From assembly GCF_006345805.1 (NCBI RefSeq), contig NC_043012.1, positions 13,144,001-13,208,000 of the forward strand: a DNA stretch of 64,000 nucleotides, given 5' to 3'. Shown piece by piece: positions 12,565 to 22,974 of this stretch (within the stretch, counting starts at the first letter, position 1; every line of letters starts with the position of its first letter). The translations under genes and the position numbers were made by a program. The DNA comes from Octopus sinensis (lineage: Eukaryota). Below the pieces are notes generated by a model. The model was not told where the DNA came from and did not search any database. It was given only the letters and a program-made list of their open reading frames with translations.

Positions 12565-12567
<3 letters not shown>
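11981..12567 (-). mobile_element. Retrozyme-like element: 349-nt monomer, partial tandem plus two inverted segments, TA-flanked
   Basis: 11981-12098 recurs at 12330-12447 (period 349). 12448-12500 is the reverse complement of ~12207-12258, and 12501-12567 of 12291-12358. Confidence 0.8.
12151..12195 (-). ncRNA. Canonical type I hammerhead ribozyme, GUC site, palindromic helix III
   Basis: Minus strand reads cacacg CTGACGA gaggt caat acctc GAAA ctcgag TC cgtgtg. Helix I is 6 bp perfect, helix II 5 bp, helix III ACTCGAGT is self-complementary. Confidence 0.92.
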
Positions 12568-12591
<24 letters not shown>

Positions 12592-12595
<4 letters not shown>

Positions 12596-15021
12596 TAATA
12601 AAATAGAACATATGCATATATATAAACATATATGTACGTACCTACCTCTACATGTACATATACACGCATATATGTGTACAGGACACCAAAAAGACGTCGA
12701 ACACATAGAGAGACGAAACACATAGACACAAACCAAGGAACAAGACAAGCAAAAAAAGAGAGAGATACAGGACAATAAGCACAACGAAAAATCCCCTTCT
12801 TCAGTCGCTAAGGTTTCGTCTACTAAACGTTTCGAAGGATAAAAGCGAGACGTATACTTCGAAGAAAACTTCCTTCCCGCGAAAAGCAAATCAATTAAAT
12901 TCTGAGATCTTTTCGCAGAGGGGTAAAAAAAAGCAAGACGGTAACGACAGTACAAACATATAAACAGTAAAAAATATATATATAAACAGTGGAAAAATAA
13001 ATATATAACAGTGAGAGACAGGACAAGGAGAACAAGATAAGAAGGGCTGTTAACGCCAGACGAAAAAAGTATTGCAAACGCTGGATTATCGTGGACGACG
13101 AGAGAGAGAAAATGTGTCGACCAGTAAGCCTTACAAGGCGGGCGAGAAAAGACAGGATAGCAGTTACGACGGAAGTATCGTCGCAGATGGACGACGGGAA
13201 TGGGGGAGGAGGAGCAAGAGGAAGAGAGAGAAGAAGGGGAATGGTGCGAGGAGACCATGAAGAATGGTGAAAGGGAGAGAGAGAATGAAGAATGAGAGAG
13301 AGAGGAAGAGACAAGTTAAGTGAGGGGAAAAAAGACGAAAAAGGGAATGGGAGAGAAAGAAAGAAAGATGCAGAGTCGCGTGAGAGTTAATATCAAGGCT
13401 AACTTGATAAACAGAACAATCTTACTTATTAGGGTGCGTGCGTTTAGTCGTATAATATGTTAATAAAATAGAACATATGCATATATATAAACATATATGT
13501 ACGTACCTACCTCTACATGTACATATACACGCATATATGTGTACAGGACACCAAAAAGACGTCGAACACATAGAGAGACGAAACACATAGACACAAACCA
13601 AGGAACAAGACAAGCAAAAAAAGAGAGAGATACAGGACAATAAGCACAACGAAAAATCCCCTTCTTCAGTCGCTAAGTTTCGTCTACTAAACGGTTCGAA
13701 GGATAAAAGCGAGACGTAATACTTCGAAGAAAACTTCCTTCCCGCGAAAAGCAAATCAATTAAAATTCTGAGATCTTTTCGCAGAGGGGTAAAAAAAAGC
13801 AAGACGGTAACGACAGTACAAACATATAAACAGTAAAAAATATATATATAACAGTGGAAAAATAAATATATAACAGTGAGAGACAGGACAAGGAGAAACC
13901 AGATAAGAAGGGCTGTTAACGCCAGACGAAAAAAGTATTGCAAACGCTGGATTATCGTGGACGACGAGAGAGAGAAAATATGTCGACCAGTAGCCTTACA
14001 AGGCGGGCGAGAAAAGACAGGATAGCAGTTACGACGGAAGTATCGTCGCGAGATGGACGACGGGAATGGGGGAGGAGGAGCAAGAGGAAGAGAGAGAAGA
14101 AGGGGAATGGTGCGGGAGACCATGAAGAATGGTGAAGGGAGAGAGAGAAGAAGAATGAGAGAGAGAGGAAGAGACAAGTTAAGTGAGGGGAAAAAAAAAG
14201 ACGAAAAAGGGAATGGGAGAGAAAGAAAGAAAGATGCAGAGTCGCGTGAGAGTTAATATCAAGGCTAACTTGATAAACAGAACAATCTTACTTATTAGGG
14301 TGCGTGCGTTTAGTCGTATAATATGTTAATAAAATAGAACATATGCATATATATAAACATATATGTACGTACCTACCTCTACATGTACATATACACGCAT
14401 ATATGTGTACAGGACACCAAAAAGACGTCGAACACATAGAGAGACGAAACACATAGACCACCAAGGAACAAGCCCAAACAGCAAAAAAGAGAGAGATACA
14501 GGACAATAAGCACAACGAAAAATCCCCTTCTTCAGTCGCTAAGGTTCATCTACTACACGTTTCGAAGGATAAAAGCGAGACGTATACTTCGAAGAAAACT
14601 TCCTTCCCGCGAAAAGCAAATCAATTAAAATTCTGAGATCTTTTCGCAGAGGGGTAAAAAAAAGCAAGACGGTAACGACAGTACAACATATAAACAGTAA
14701 AAAAATATAATATAACAGTGGAAAAATAAATATATAACAGTGAGAGACGGACAAGGAGAACAAGATAAGAAGGGCTGTTAACGCCAGACGAAAAAAGTAT
14801 TGCAACGCTGGATTATCGTGGACGACGAGAGAGAGAAAATATGTCGACCAGTAGCCTTACAAGGCGGGGCGAGAAGACAGGATAGCAGTTACGACGGAAG
14901 TATCGTCGCAGATGGACGAGGGAATGGGGGAGGAGGAGCAAGAGGAAGAGAGGAGAAGAAGGGAAGGTGCGAGGAGACCATGAAGAATGGTGAAAGGGAG
15001 AGAGAGAGAGAGAATGAAGAA
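12592..15021. repeat. ~866-bp tandem array, about 2.8 copies
   Basis: atgttaataaaatagaacatatgc at 12592, 13457 and 14323. Copies differ mostly by 1-nt indels. Left flank is (TA)n. Confidence 0.95.
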
Positions 15022-15105
15022 TATACAATTGCAGCGTGGAAGGTGTTTATAAGCCATTTAAGAAACACACAAAAGCCGTTCGATTCACTTCACATTTAAG
15101 TTTAA

Positions 15106-15155
15106 TTTGTCAAAATATTTTCGTCGCTAAAATCCGCGACCTGTTCACTGACAAA
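15106..15155 (-). ncRNA. Hammerhead-like motif with G3-C8 swapped core (GUGAACA)
   Basis: Minus strand reads tttgtca GTGAACA g gtcgc ggatttta gcgac GAAA atat TT tgacaaa. Helix I is 7 bp perfect, helix II 5 bp after one extra nucleotide, helix III AATATT is a palindrome. Confidence 0.65.
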
Positions 15156-16101
15156 AATCCGTGCTGCATCTGAGAAAGTAACAGTTAGTTCGTCATATAT
15201 ATGTACGTATGTATGTGTGTATGTATGCATACATGTGTGTTATATGTACGTATGCATGTACGTACATACGCCTGTGTATGCATGTATGTATGTAGCGTAT
15301 GTATGTATATATGTATGTGTTGTGTATATGCACGCACATACACACTATAAACATAAAGCTATAACCTGTAGCGATGGATAGATGTAGAGTGACCACTCAT
15401 CACAATAATATCAAATTTCAACTTCCCCCGGCCTAAGCCTGGAGGTGATTTACGACCCTTACTCCCAAAACTATACCCTAAAACCTATTATCAGATATTT
15501 ATCTCTATATCACAGAACTTTTGATTTACTATTGTGCGTATGTATGTATGTATGTGCGTATGTATGTATGATTGTATGTATATATGTGTGTATGTACATA
15601 CGTACGCATGTGCGTATGTATCTATACGCGCACGTATGCATGTGCCCATTTATGTGTTTGCGTACATGTACGTGTGTATGCCCATACGCAGGTATGTATG
15701 TATGTGTGTACTCATGTGCTACGTATGTATGTGTCTAGGAGAATGGGTAGACGTGTCTGTGAGAGTGGGTACATGTGTATGTGTATGTGAACGTATGTCC
15801 ATGTACTGGCATGTGTCCGTCCAAGTTGTGTACATGACTGTTACTTTGTTGAAGGTTGTATAGATATTCACATATATGTTTGTATAGACGCACACACATA
15901 TATATATATATGTGGGTGTGTGTTTGTTCCTCTCATCACCGTCTAACTGTGAATGGATACAACGCCTAAGTGCAACTGTACGTATCAAACAGCGTTCGCT
16001 CATACGGTTATATATAACTGCACATACCCATTGCAACCTGTATGTAAGGACTACAAGTAAACGAGAGAGAGAGTGAGAGAGAGAGAGAGAGAGAAGGGTG
16101 G

Positions 16102-16264
16102 TTATAGAATAGTCCTTCTGAATGGGATCTGGATGTTACTCCATTCGGACTTTCGGTTGAGAGTAGGTTTGTATTCTTGTATACAAACAGCTTCTGTGAC
16201 CTGTCTCAACATTGCATCGGTGGGATGTGTTGATAGGATGTTCAACTTAAGTTTCCCTAAGGAT
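16102..16264 (-). mobile_element. Penelope-like element GIY-YIG endonuclease C-terminal remnant
   Basis: DAMLRQVTEAVCIQEYKPTLNRKSEW resembles the R..EA..I....P.LN ending of PLE GIY-YIG domains. Confidence 0.6.
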
Positions 16265-16815
16265 CCCTTGAAACTATAGTCCGTATGTAGTACGCGGGTC
16301 TTCGAGGGAGGATGACCTCCCTTTGCAAATAACACAAGGGCACTGAGATAGTGTCTAAAGTCATTCTGGTGACGTTGATCGCCTGGGGCTAAAATTATCA
16401 GTAACACCCCACCCCACCCCAGTGGCTAGCCACATTCAGATGGCTAATACCCCTTACGTTGTCAAGCGGTTAGTGTTTATATCTCGTTCAGAGATTTATT
16501 ATTGTTTTCAGACAGTTTTTCTACATCAGTGACAGTGGTTACTGTGAAAAACGTTATATATTATTTGCAAGGGGACTTCTTCATCGAAGACCGGTGCTTT
16601 CCATGCGTTGACGAGAAGCAATTACCTTGAAACTATAGTCCGTATGTAGTACTCGGGTCTTCGAGAGAGGATGACCTCCCTTTGCAAATAACACAAGGGC
16701 ACTGAGATAGTGTCTAAAGTCCTTCTGGTGACGTTGATCGCCTGGGGCTAAAAGCATCAGTAACACGCCCCGCCAGTGTCTAGCCACATTCAGATGGCTA
16801 ATACCCCTTACGTCG
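16265..16815 (+). mobile_element. Retrozyme-like element: 359-nt monomer, ~1.5 copies, diverged relative of the 349-nt monomer
   Basis: ccttgaaactatagtccgtatg at ~16266 and ~16625 (period 359). Its reverse complement shares tttagccccagg, tatttgcaaaggga and ccactgtc.ctgat with 11981-12330. Confidence 0.8.
16602..16646 (+). ncRNA. Type I hammerhead motif (U3 variant, weakened helix II), GUC site
   Basis: catgcg TTGACGA gaagcaattacctt GAAA ctatag TC cgtatg. Helix III ACTATAGT is a palindrome. Confidence 0.7.
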
Positions 16816-17073
16816 TTATATATATACATATATATATATATATAATTAATCAATATAGGGTGTCAAAAAAATTTATCAGAAATTATTTGCCACCAGCGGC
16901 CTTGTGGGAAAAAGTAAATAGTCAGAGACCATTAATAAATTCAACAGCAAAATTTAGGAACGGCCATAATAGGCCGTTCAACCCACTAGAATAGCAGCCA
17001 AGGCTTCAACCACCAAAACAATTATATTAATTCCGTAAACCAGGAGAAAATTTAAAAAACATTTACCCTGTAA

Positions 17074-17178
17074 TACCTTATACAATGCATCGTTTCGTCT
17101 ATTTTTTAATGGTAAATCAACTTGATTAAATTAAATCAAGCTAATCTTCCATAGGCCAATAAATTCATCAGTAAGGTA
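17074..17178 (-). ncRNA. Type I hammerhead motif with long helix II, GUA site
   Basis: Reverse complement of the motif at 17502-17606, with one helix II mismatch (gcctat vs gtctat). Confidence 0.6.
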
Positions 17179-17501
17179 AGCCAGACGGGACAGATATTTG
17201 CACGAGGCAGCACCACTAATGTCTCGGCTATATCTGACCTAAAATTTTCAAATCATCGTACTCGCGCCAAATTTATCGGCAGCAAATATAAGCTGCCGAT
17301 TCCATTTCGGAATTAAACAGAAAATCATAATTAATCAATATAGGGTGGCAAAAAAATTCAGCAGAAATTTTTTGCCACCAGCGGCCTAGTGGGAAAAAAG
17401 TAAATAGTCAGAGACCATTAATAAATTCAACATCAAAATAGGTCAGATATAGCCGAGACATTAGTGGTGCTGCCTCGTGCAAATATCTGTCCCGTCTGGC
17501 T

Positions 17502-17606
17502 TACCTTACTGATGAATTTATTGGTCTATGGAAGATTAGCTTGATTTAATTTAATCAAGTTGATTTACCATTAAAAAATAGACGAAACGATGCATTGTAT
17601 AAGGTA
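17502..17606 (+). ncRNA. Type I hammerhead motif with 8-nt insert after A9 and long helix II, GUA site
   Basis: tacctta CTGATGA atttattg gtctat...atagac GAAA cgatgcattg TA taaggta. Helix I is 7 bp perfect, helix III ACGATGCATTGT is near-palindromic, with an inner stem agcttgatt/aatcaagtt. Confidence 0.65.
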
Positions 17607-17732
17607 TTACAGGGTAAATGTTTTTTAAATTTTCTCCTGGTTTACGGAATTAATATTGTTTTGCGGTTGAAGCCTTGGCTGCTATTTCTAGTGGGTTGAA
17701 CGGCCTATTATGGCCGTTCCTAAATTTTGCTG

Positions 17733-17780
<48 letters not shown>

Positions 17781-18153
17781 ATATACATATATGTATGAAT
17801 ATATATGTATGTGTATGTATGTATTTGTACCTAAGTGTATATATATCTTTATTTATGTATCTACACAATACACAATAGATGTGCAATAAAAAATACACAT
17901 TACAAACTGTCTTACAGTTTTAAAAGAAAAGAATTACGTTGATAAATAACCGCTGGGAAAATAAAAACCCTGGATCTCGAATATGTCTAATAGAATATAT
18001 CAAATATCAAACACACATGAACAGCAATAACAACAACAACAACAAACGTAACCACTAAAACAACAAGAACAACAACAACGACAACTACAATAATAATAAT
18101 GATAATAATATTAAAAATAATAGTAATAACAATTATTAACAATTAATTTTCAA

Positions 18154-18237
<84 letters not shown>

Positions 18238-18289
18238 AAGGAGGAGGAGCAGGAGGAGGAGGAGGGGGAAGAAGTAGAAGAAGAAAAAA

Positions 18290-18930
18290 AAGAAGAAGTA
18301 TAGCACTATATTGGCGGCGGGGGACCAAGCTCCGGCCAGGAATATGAGGGTCAACCTGAGGAAAGGGGCCGTGCCTCCGCTGTGCTGCATCCCCAATACA
18401 GTCAATGAAACCATTGCCCATATCATGAACGAATGCCATAGACTTGCCGAAACTACTACAAGTTGTAGCGACACGACCAGGTGGAAAATTGATACATTGG
18501 AAACTGTGCGAAAAGTGGGCTACAGAGAGGCAAGACGTGGTACGAGTACAAACTTCAGAGAGTGGCAGAGTCGGAGAATAGCAAAATCCTCCGGGATTTG
18601 CCAGTTCAAACAGATCAGGTGGTAGAGCATAACAGACCAAGTGGTGGTGGACAAAGTGCTATATCGCTGATGTTGCATGCCTCTTTGACCCACTAATAAT
18701 TAAGTTGGAAGGCGAAAAAATATAAAGATGGAACCTTCATAAGTATGACTATGGGAAATGAAGACCGTGACGATATTGCCAATTTTCGTTGCGTCTGGGA
18801 ACCTTTTCAACGGTCGTTAACTACTGAGAGGTTGCAAGAGGCAACGAAAATTATCGAAAAACAAAAAGGAAATAAGTGGAGATTAGCTGCGACTGTGTTA
18901 TTATAAGTTAACAAAAGAGAATTACTACCC
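18290..18930 (+). pseudogene. R4/Dong-clade LINE 3' remnant (zinc finger plus restriction-like endonuclease region)
   Basis: VNETIAHIMNEC, followed by frameshifted RHD/HW-like and NRP...VVVDK-like segments. Preceded by (TAA)n(GAA)n. Confidence 0.7.
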
Positions 18931-19370
18931 TGACACACTCTCTCTCTCTCTTTCTATATATATATATATATAATAATATATTATATAGATATATATATAT
19001 ATATATATGCACGAGTATCAGGTTAGTATGATTTTATTCAACATATGTTATCAAGCAAAAACAAGCATCTTCTTATCTGTATTGAAAATATAAAATAGCT
19101 GCAAGTCTGATGCCACATATATTATATTTACCTGGCTCTGAACTGGTTACATTCATGTTTCATTTCAGCTACTATGCATCATTCTTATTACGTTGCAATT
19201 GTGTCACCTACACTCATGACATCACAGTTTGTATATAAATCATGCAAGAAACACGAATTCGTGTTTAGATACATAGAGATGGAATGTTCTAAAACATTTC
19301 TCTGGATATATTTAGGTACAATGAAATTTGAATGCACTGGAATGAAAAGCACAAACATGCACACACATAT

Positions 19371-19410
<40 letters not shown>

Positions 19411-19975
19411 ACACGCACATACATATATTTTTGCGTGTGTATGTGTGTGTGCATGTATATGTATCTTTGTATGCATATACATATGTGTGTGTGTGTGTGC
19501 GTGCATGAGGACCTGAGCGTTAAATATGAATGCAAAGAAAAAATATGGAACGGAAAAAGAGAAAGCTAGAGTCAGATTTGAAGAAAAGGTTTAGCCTTGG
19601 GCTTAAACAGATGGGAGTAGTAACAATTCACGCGCTCGTATTTCATTGGAAGTTGAACATTGGAGGATCACGCCTTCACATCATGAATCCGCCCACAAGA
19701 CGAACGCATTACTACATAAGACTTCAAATATTGTCCGATTTTTTCCTCTCAGCCACATTTCTCCCTTTTCCATTCTGTCAATCCACCTTAGCTCGACTCA
19801 ACAAATATTCGTTGATGTCTCTAATTTTCCAGTAATCCTAGATACTGATAACAGAATGAAATAAGCTTTTATCAGATGAGGCAACTATAAACTGATCTAC
19901 AAAACATATAAGAATGCGGAATATATAGAAACAAGCGGTTGCGTAGATGTATAGATACGTAACTGTATGTATTTA

Positions 19976-20063
<88 letters not shown>

Positions 20064-20065
20064 TA

Positions 20066-20228
20066 GGAGCAGGAGTGGCTGTGTGGTAAGTAGCTTGCTA
20101 ACCAACCACATGGTTCCGGGTTCAGTCCCACTGCGTGGCACCTTGGGCAAGTGTCTTCTGATATAGCCCCGGGCCGAACAATGCCTTGGGAGTGGATTTG
20201 GAAGACGGAAACTGAAAGAAGCCTGTCG
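20066..20228 (+). mobile_element. SINE 5' half (paralog of 9523; 3' half missing)
   Basis: Same head as 9523. It joins directly via a TA tract to attgaagtagat, which follows the full SINE in copy 1. Confidence 0.85.
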
Positions 20229-20234
20229 TATATA

Positions 20235-20274
<40 letters not shown>

Positions 20275-20478
20275 AAGTAGATAAATGAATTATCTTATTA
20301 CGGATAATTCAAATGATAACCGATACCTGGGTGGCAAAAATCACAACAGAAAAAGCACGGTTGAAGTTACGACCATGGGGCATAAAATCCGAGCCTTAGT
20401 GCGGAAATTTGAAGTTTTATATATTAAGTGTAGGAAGAAATGGAGGTGAACGAAGATTTAACAAAATTCCTTTTTATT

Positions 20479-20564
20479 ATTTTCTACATATGTTTCGAAG
20501 GCTGCAAAGTCCCTACTTCGGATTGAATAAGGAGTCCATTTTGCAGCCTTCTCTTCAGGAAAAT
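20479..20564 (-). ncRNA. Type I hammerhead ribozyme (paralog of 10228), GUA site
   Basis: Minus strand reads attttc CTGAAGA gaaggctgcaaa...tttgcagccttc GAAA catatg TA gaaaa. Helix III ACATATGT is a perfect palindrome. Confidence 0.85.
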
Positions 20565-21326
20565 CCAGGAACTTAATTCTCCAACAAAATGCACAGCAAG
20601 CTTTTCGACAAACGTATGTATGTATGTATGTGTGTATGTATTTGGAATTTACATAAAAAAGACGAAGACCGGTTCGTAAACAAAAAACGGATGTATTAGT
20701 TTAACGCTCGGGAAGTGAAGAAGTCTTTTATGTTTCGAGGCTACGCTCTTCAACAGGAAAGGAACACAGGAAGAAGCACAGAGAAAAAAAAACACTGCTT
20801 AGTGTCGAGTGATCAATCATGGTGAAAGCCGGAAAGAGGTGGTCAGACAGGAAAACTAGGAAGAAGGGGAGATTGTAATCGAGCATGATTGAAAAACGGG
20901 AAGAAAAGAGAAAGGAAGGAGAGGAAGTAGAAAAAAAGGGGAAAGAGAAAAGCAAATAAAGACTCGAGGAGGAAAAATTCAAAAGGTGTAGGGGAGAAAA
21001 AATTCAAAACGCGTGAGGAGAAAAATTTCAATGAATGAGAGAAGCGAAAATATAAACAAGGAAAGAAAGAAGGAAGAAAGAGAGGGGAAATGAGAAGAAA
21101 GGGAGGTAGAGAGATGCAAATTAACAATGTGGGATATATGAGTGTGTATATATATATATATATATATATGTATATGTACATTTATATATTTAGAAATATG
21201 TATTTAAGCATGTATATATCTATATGTTTCTGTATGTGTACGATGGAGAGACATTTGTATATATAAACATGCACATATACACTCGTACATTTATTCATAT
21301 ATATAGGTATATATATATATATATAT

Positions 21327-21382
<56 letters not shown>

Positions 21383-21411
21383 CATATATACGTATATATA
21401 TATACAGAAAT

Positions 21412-21689
21412 ATATCACGTGATCACGTGACCGACCAGACCATCAAATGTTGTTACACATCGGTGGTCACAATGCGTTCGCATTGTTTTGGCCTTCGAAT
21501 GACCCCACCCCGCTGGCTAAGCGAGCAGGCCAACAGAAGAAAGAGTGTGAGAAAGAGTGGTGAAAGAGTACAGCTAGGATCACCCCCCCCCTGCCGGAGC
21601 CTCGTGGAGCTTTTAGGTGTTTTCGCTCAATAAACTGTGATCCTACGAATGCGAGTCCGCTGCCCTAACCACTGGCCCATTGCGCCTCC
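21412..21689 (-). mobile_element. tRNA-derived SINE (paralog of 11680)
   Basis: Minus-strand head ggaggcgcaatgggccagtggttagggcagcggactcgc. Confidence 0.85.
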
Positions 21690-21853
21690 TATATATATAT
21701 ATTTATATATATATATATATATATTATATTGAGGGTACTACTATTCGTAGATACCAACACGCTAAGAGGGACCAATGCGGTCAAAACTACTAAAAATAAA
21801 CAAAATTTTACCGAAAGCAAAACTTCAAAACACATCATTTTAAAAAGAATTCA

Positions 21854-21917
21854 GTTACATATCACATGTGATTTCGCATTTAACGCAGAATATGCATTTC
21901 ATGTTCATCAGTGCAAC
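21854..21917 (-). ncRNA. Type I hammerhead ribozyme, 12-nt palindromic helix III, AUA site
   Basis: Minus strand reads gttgca CTGATGA acat ga aatgca tattc tgcgtt aa atgc GAAA tcacatgtga TA tgtaac. The 10.1-11.1 pair is an A-C mismatch. Confidence 0.78.
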
Positions 21918-22335
21918 AAACTGAAGAAATATAAGAGAGAACATAACATTACAAGCTCGATAGCCAACCGCAGAATTCGTCGTAGCATGTACGAATGTTT
22001 ATCTTTACATATCTATGAAAATGGCGGGCTTATTCGCAATGCATTTCGGTCACAAATTGTCTAGTCGGAATAAAAATTCAGTATTGAACTATTCCGGTGA
22101 AAAATATAAATTAACAATTGAGGATAAAATCTTTAAAAGAAATTATCAGTAGTCAGCGTGAAAAACCTCGTAAGAGAAAAAATCCGTAAATTCTTCCTCT
22201 TTGAAAAATTTATTTATATTATATTGAGGGTACTGCTATTCGTAGATACCAACACGCTAAGAGGGACCAATGCGGTCAAAACTACTAAAAATAAACAAAA
22301 TTTTACCGAAACACATCATTTTAAAAAAGAATTCA

Positions 22336-22399
22336 GTTACATATCACATGTGATTTCGTATTTAATGCAGAATATGCATTTCATGTTCATCAGTGCAAC
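22336..22399 (-). ncRNA. Second copy of the 21854 hammerhead
   Basis: Same core, helix I and ATCACATGTGAT palindrome, with one additional helix II mismatch. Confidence 0.7.
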
Positions 22400-22862
22400 A
22401 AACTCAAGAAATATAAGAGAAAACATAACATTACATAACATATATATATATATGTATATGCGTGTGTGTATGAATATATATGTATGTGTATGTATGTATT
22501 TGTACCTAAGTGTATATATATCTTTATTTATGTACCCACACAATACAAAACAGATGTGCAATACACAATGCCCATTACAAATTGTCTTGCAGTATATACA
22601 GAAAAGAAAAACGTTGATAAATAACCGCTGGGAAAATAAAACACCTGGATCGCGAATATGTCTAATAGAATATATCAAATATCAAATACACATGAACAGC
22701 AATAACAACAACAAAAAAGTAACCACTAAATCAACAAGAGCAACAACAATGACAACTACAATAATAATAATGATAATAATATTAAAGATAATAGTAATAA
22801 CAATTATTAACCATTAATTTTCATAATAATTATTATAATAATAACAATAATAATAATAATAA

Positions 22863-22893
<31 letters not shown>

Positions 22894-22974
22894 AAGAAGG
22901 AGGAGGAGGAGGAGGAGGAGGGGGAGAAGAAGAAGAAGAAGAAGAAGAAGAAGAAGAAGAAGAGAAGGAGAAGA

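Larger units (their letters stand above)
16843..17732. mobile_element. Retrozyme-like element: 485-nt monomer, partial tandem plus ~295-bp inverted copy, TA-flanked
   Basis: 16843-16950 recurs at 17328-17439 (period 485). 17439-17732 is the reverse complement of 16945-17241. Confidence 0.85.
8490..19000 (+). repeat. Tandem segmental duplication, copy 1 (enlarged by later insertions)
   Basis: 8490-11950 is collinear with 19010-21690, and 17780-18960 with 22440-23660. The copies differ by many substitutions and microsatellite lengths. Confidence 0.9.
21722..22434 (-). mobile_element. Retrozyme-like element: ~495-nt monomer, ~1.45 copies, TA-flanked, two HHRs
   Basis: gagggtact.ctattcgtagatacc at 21731 and 22226. 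Both ends lie in TA repeats. Absent from duplication copy 1. Confidence 0.85.
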
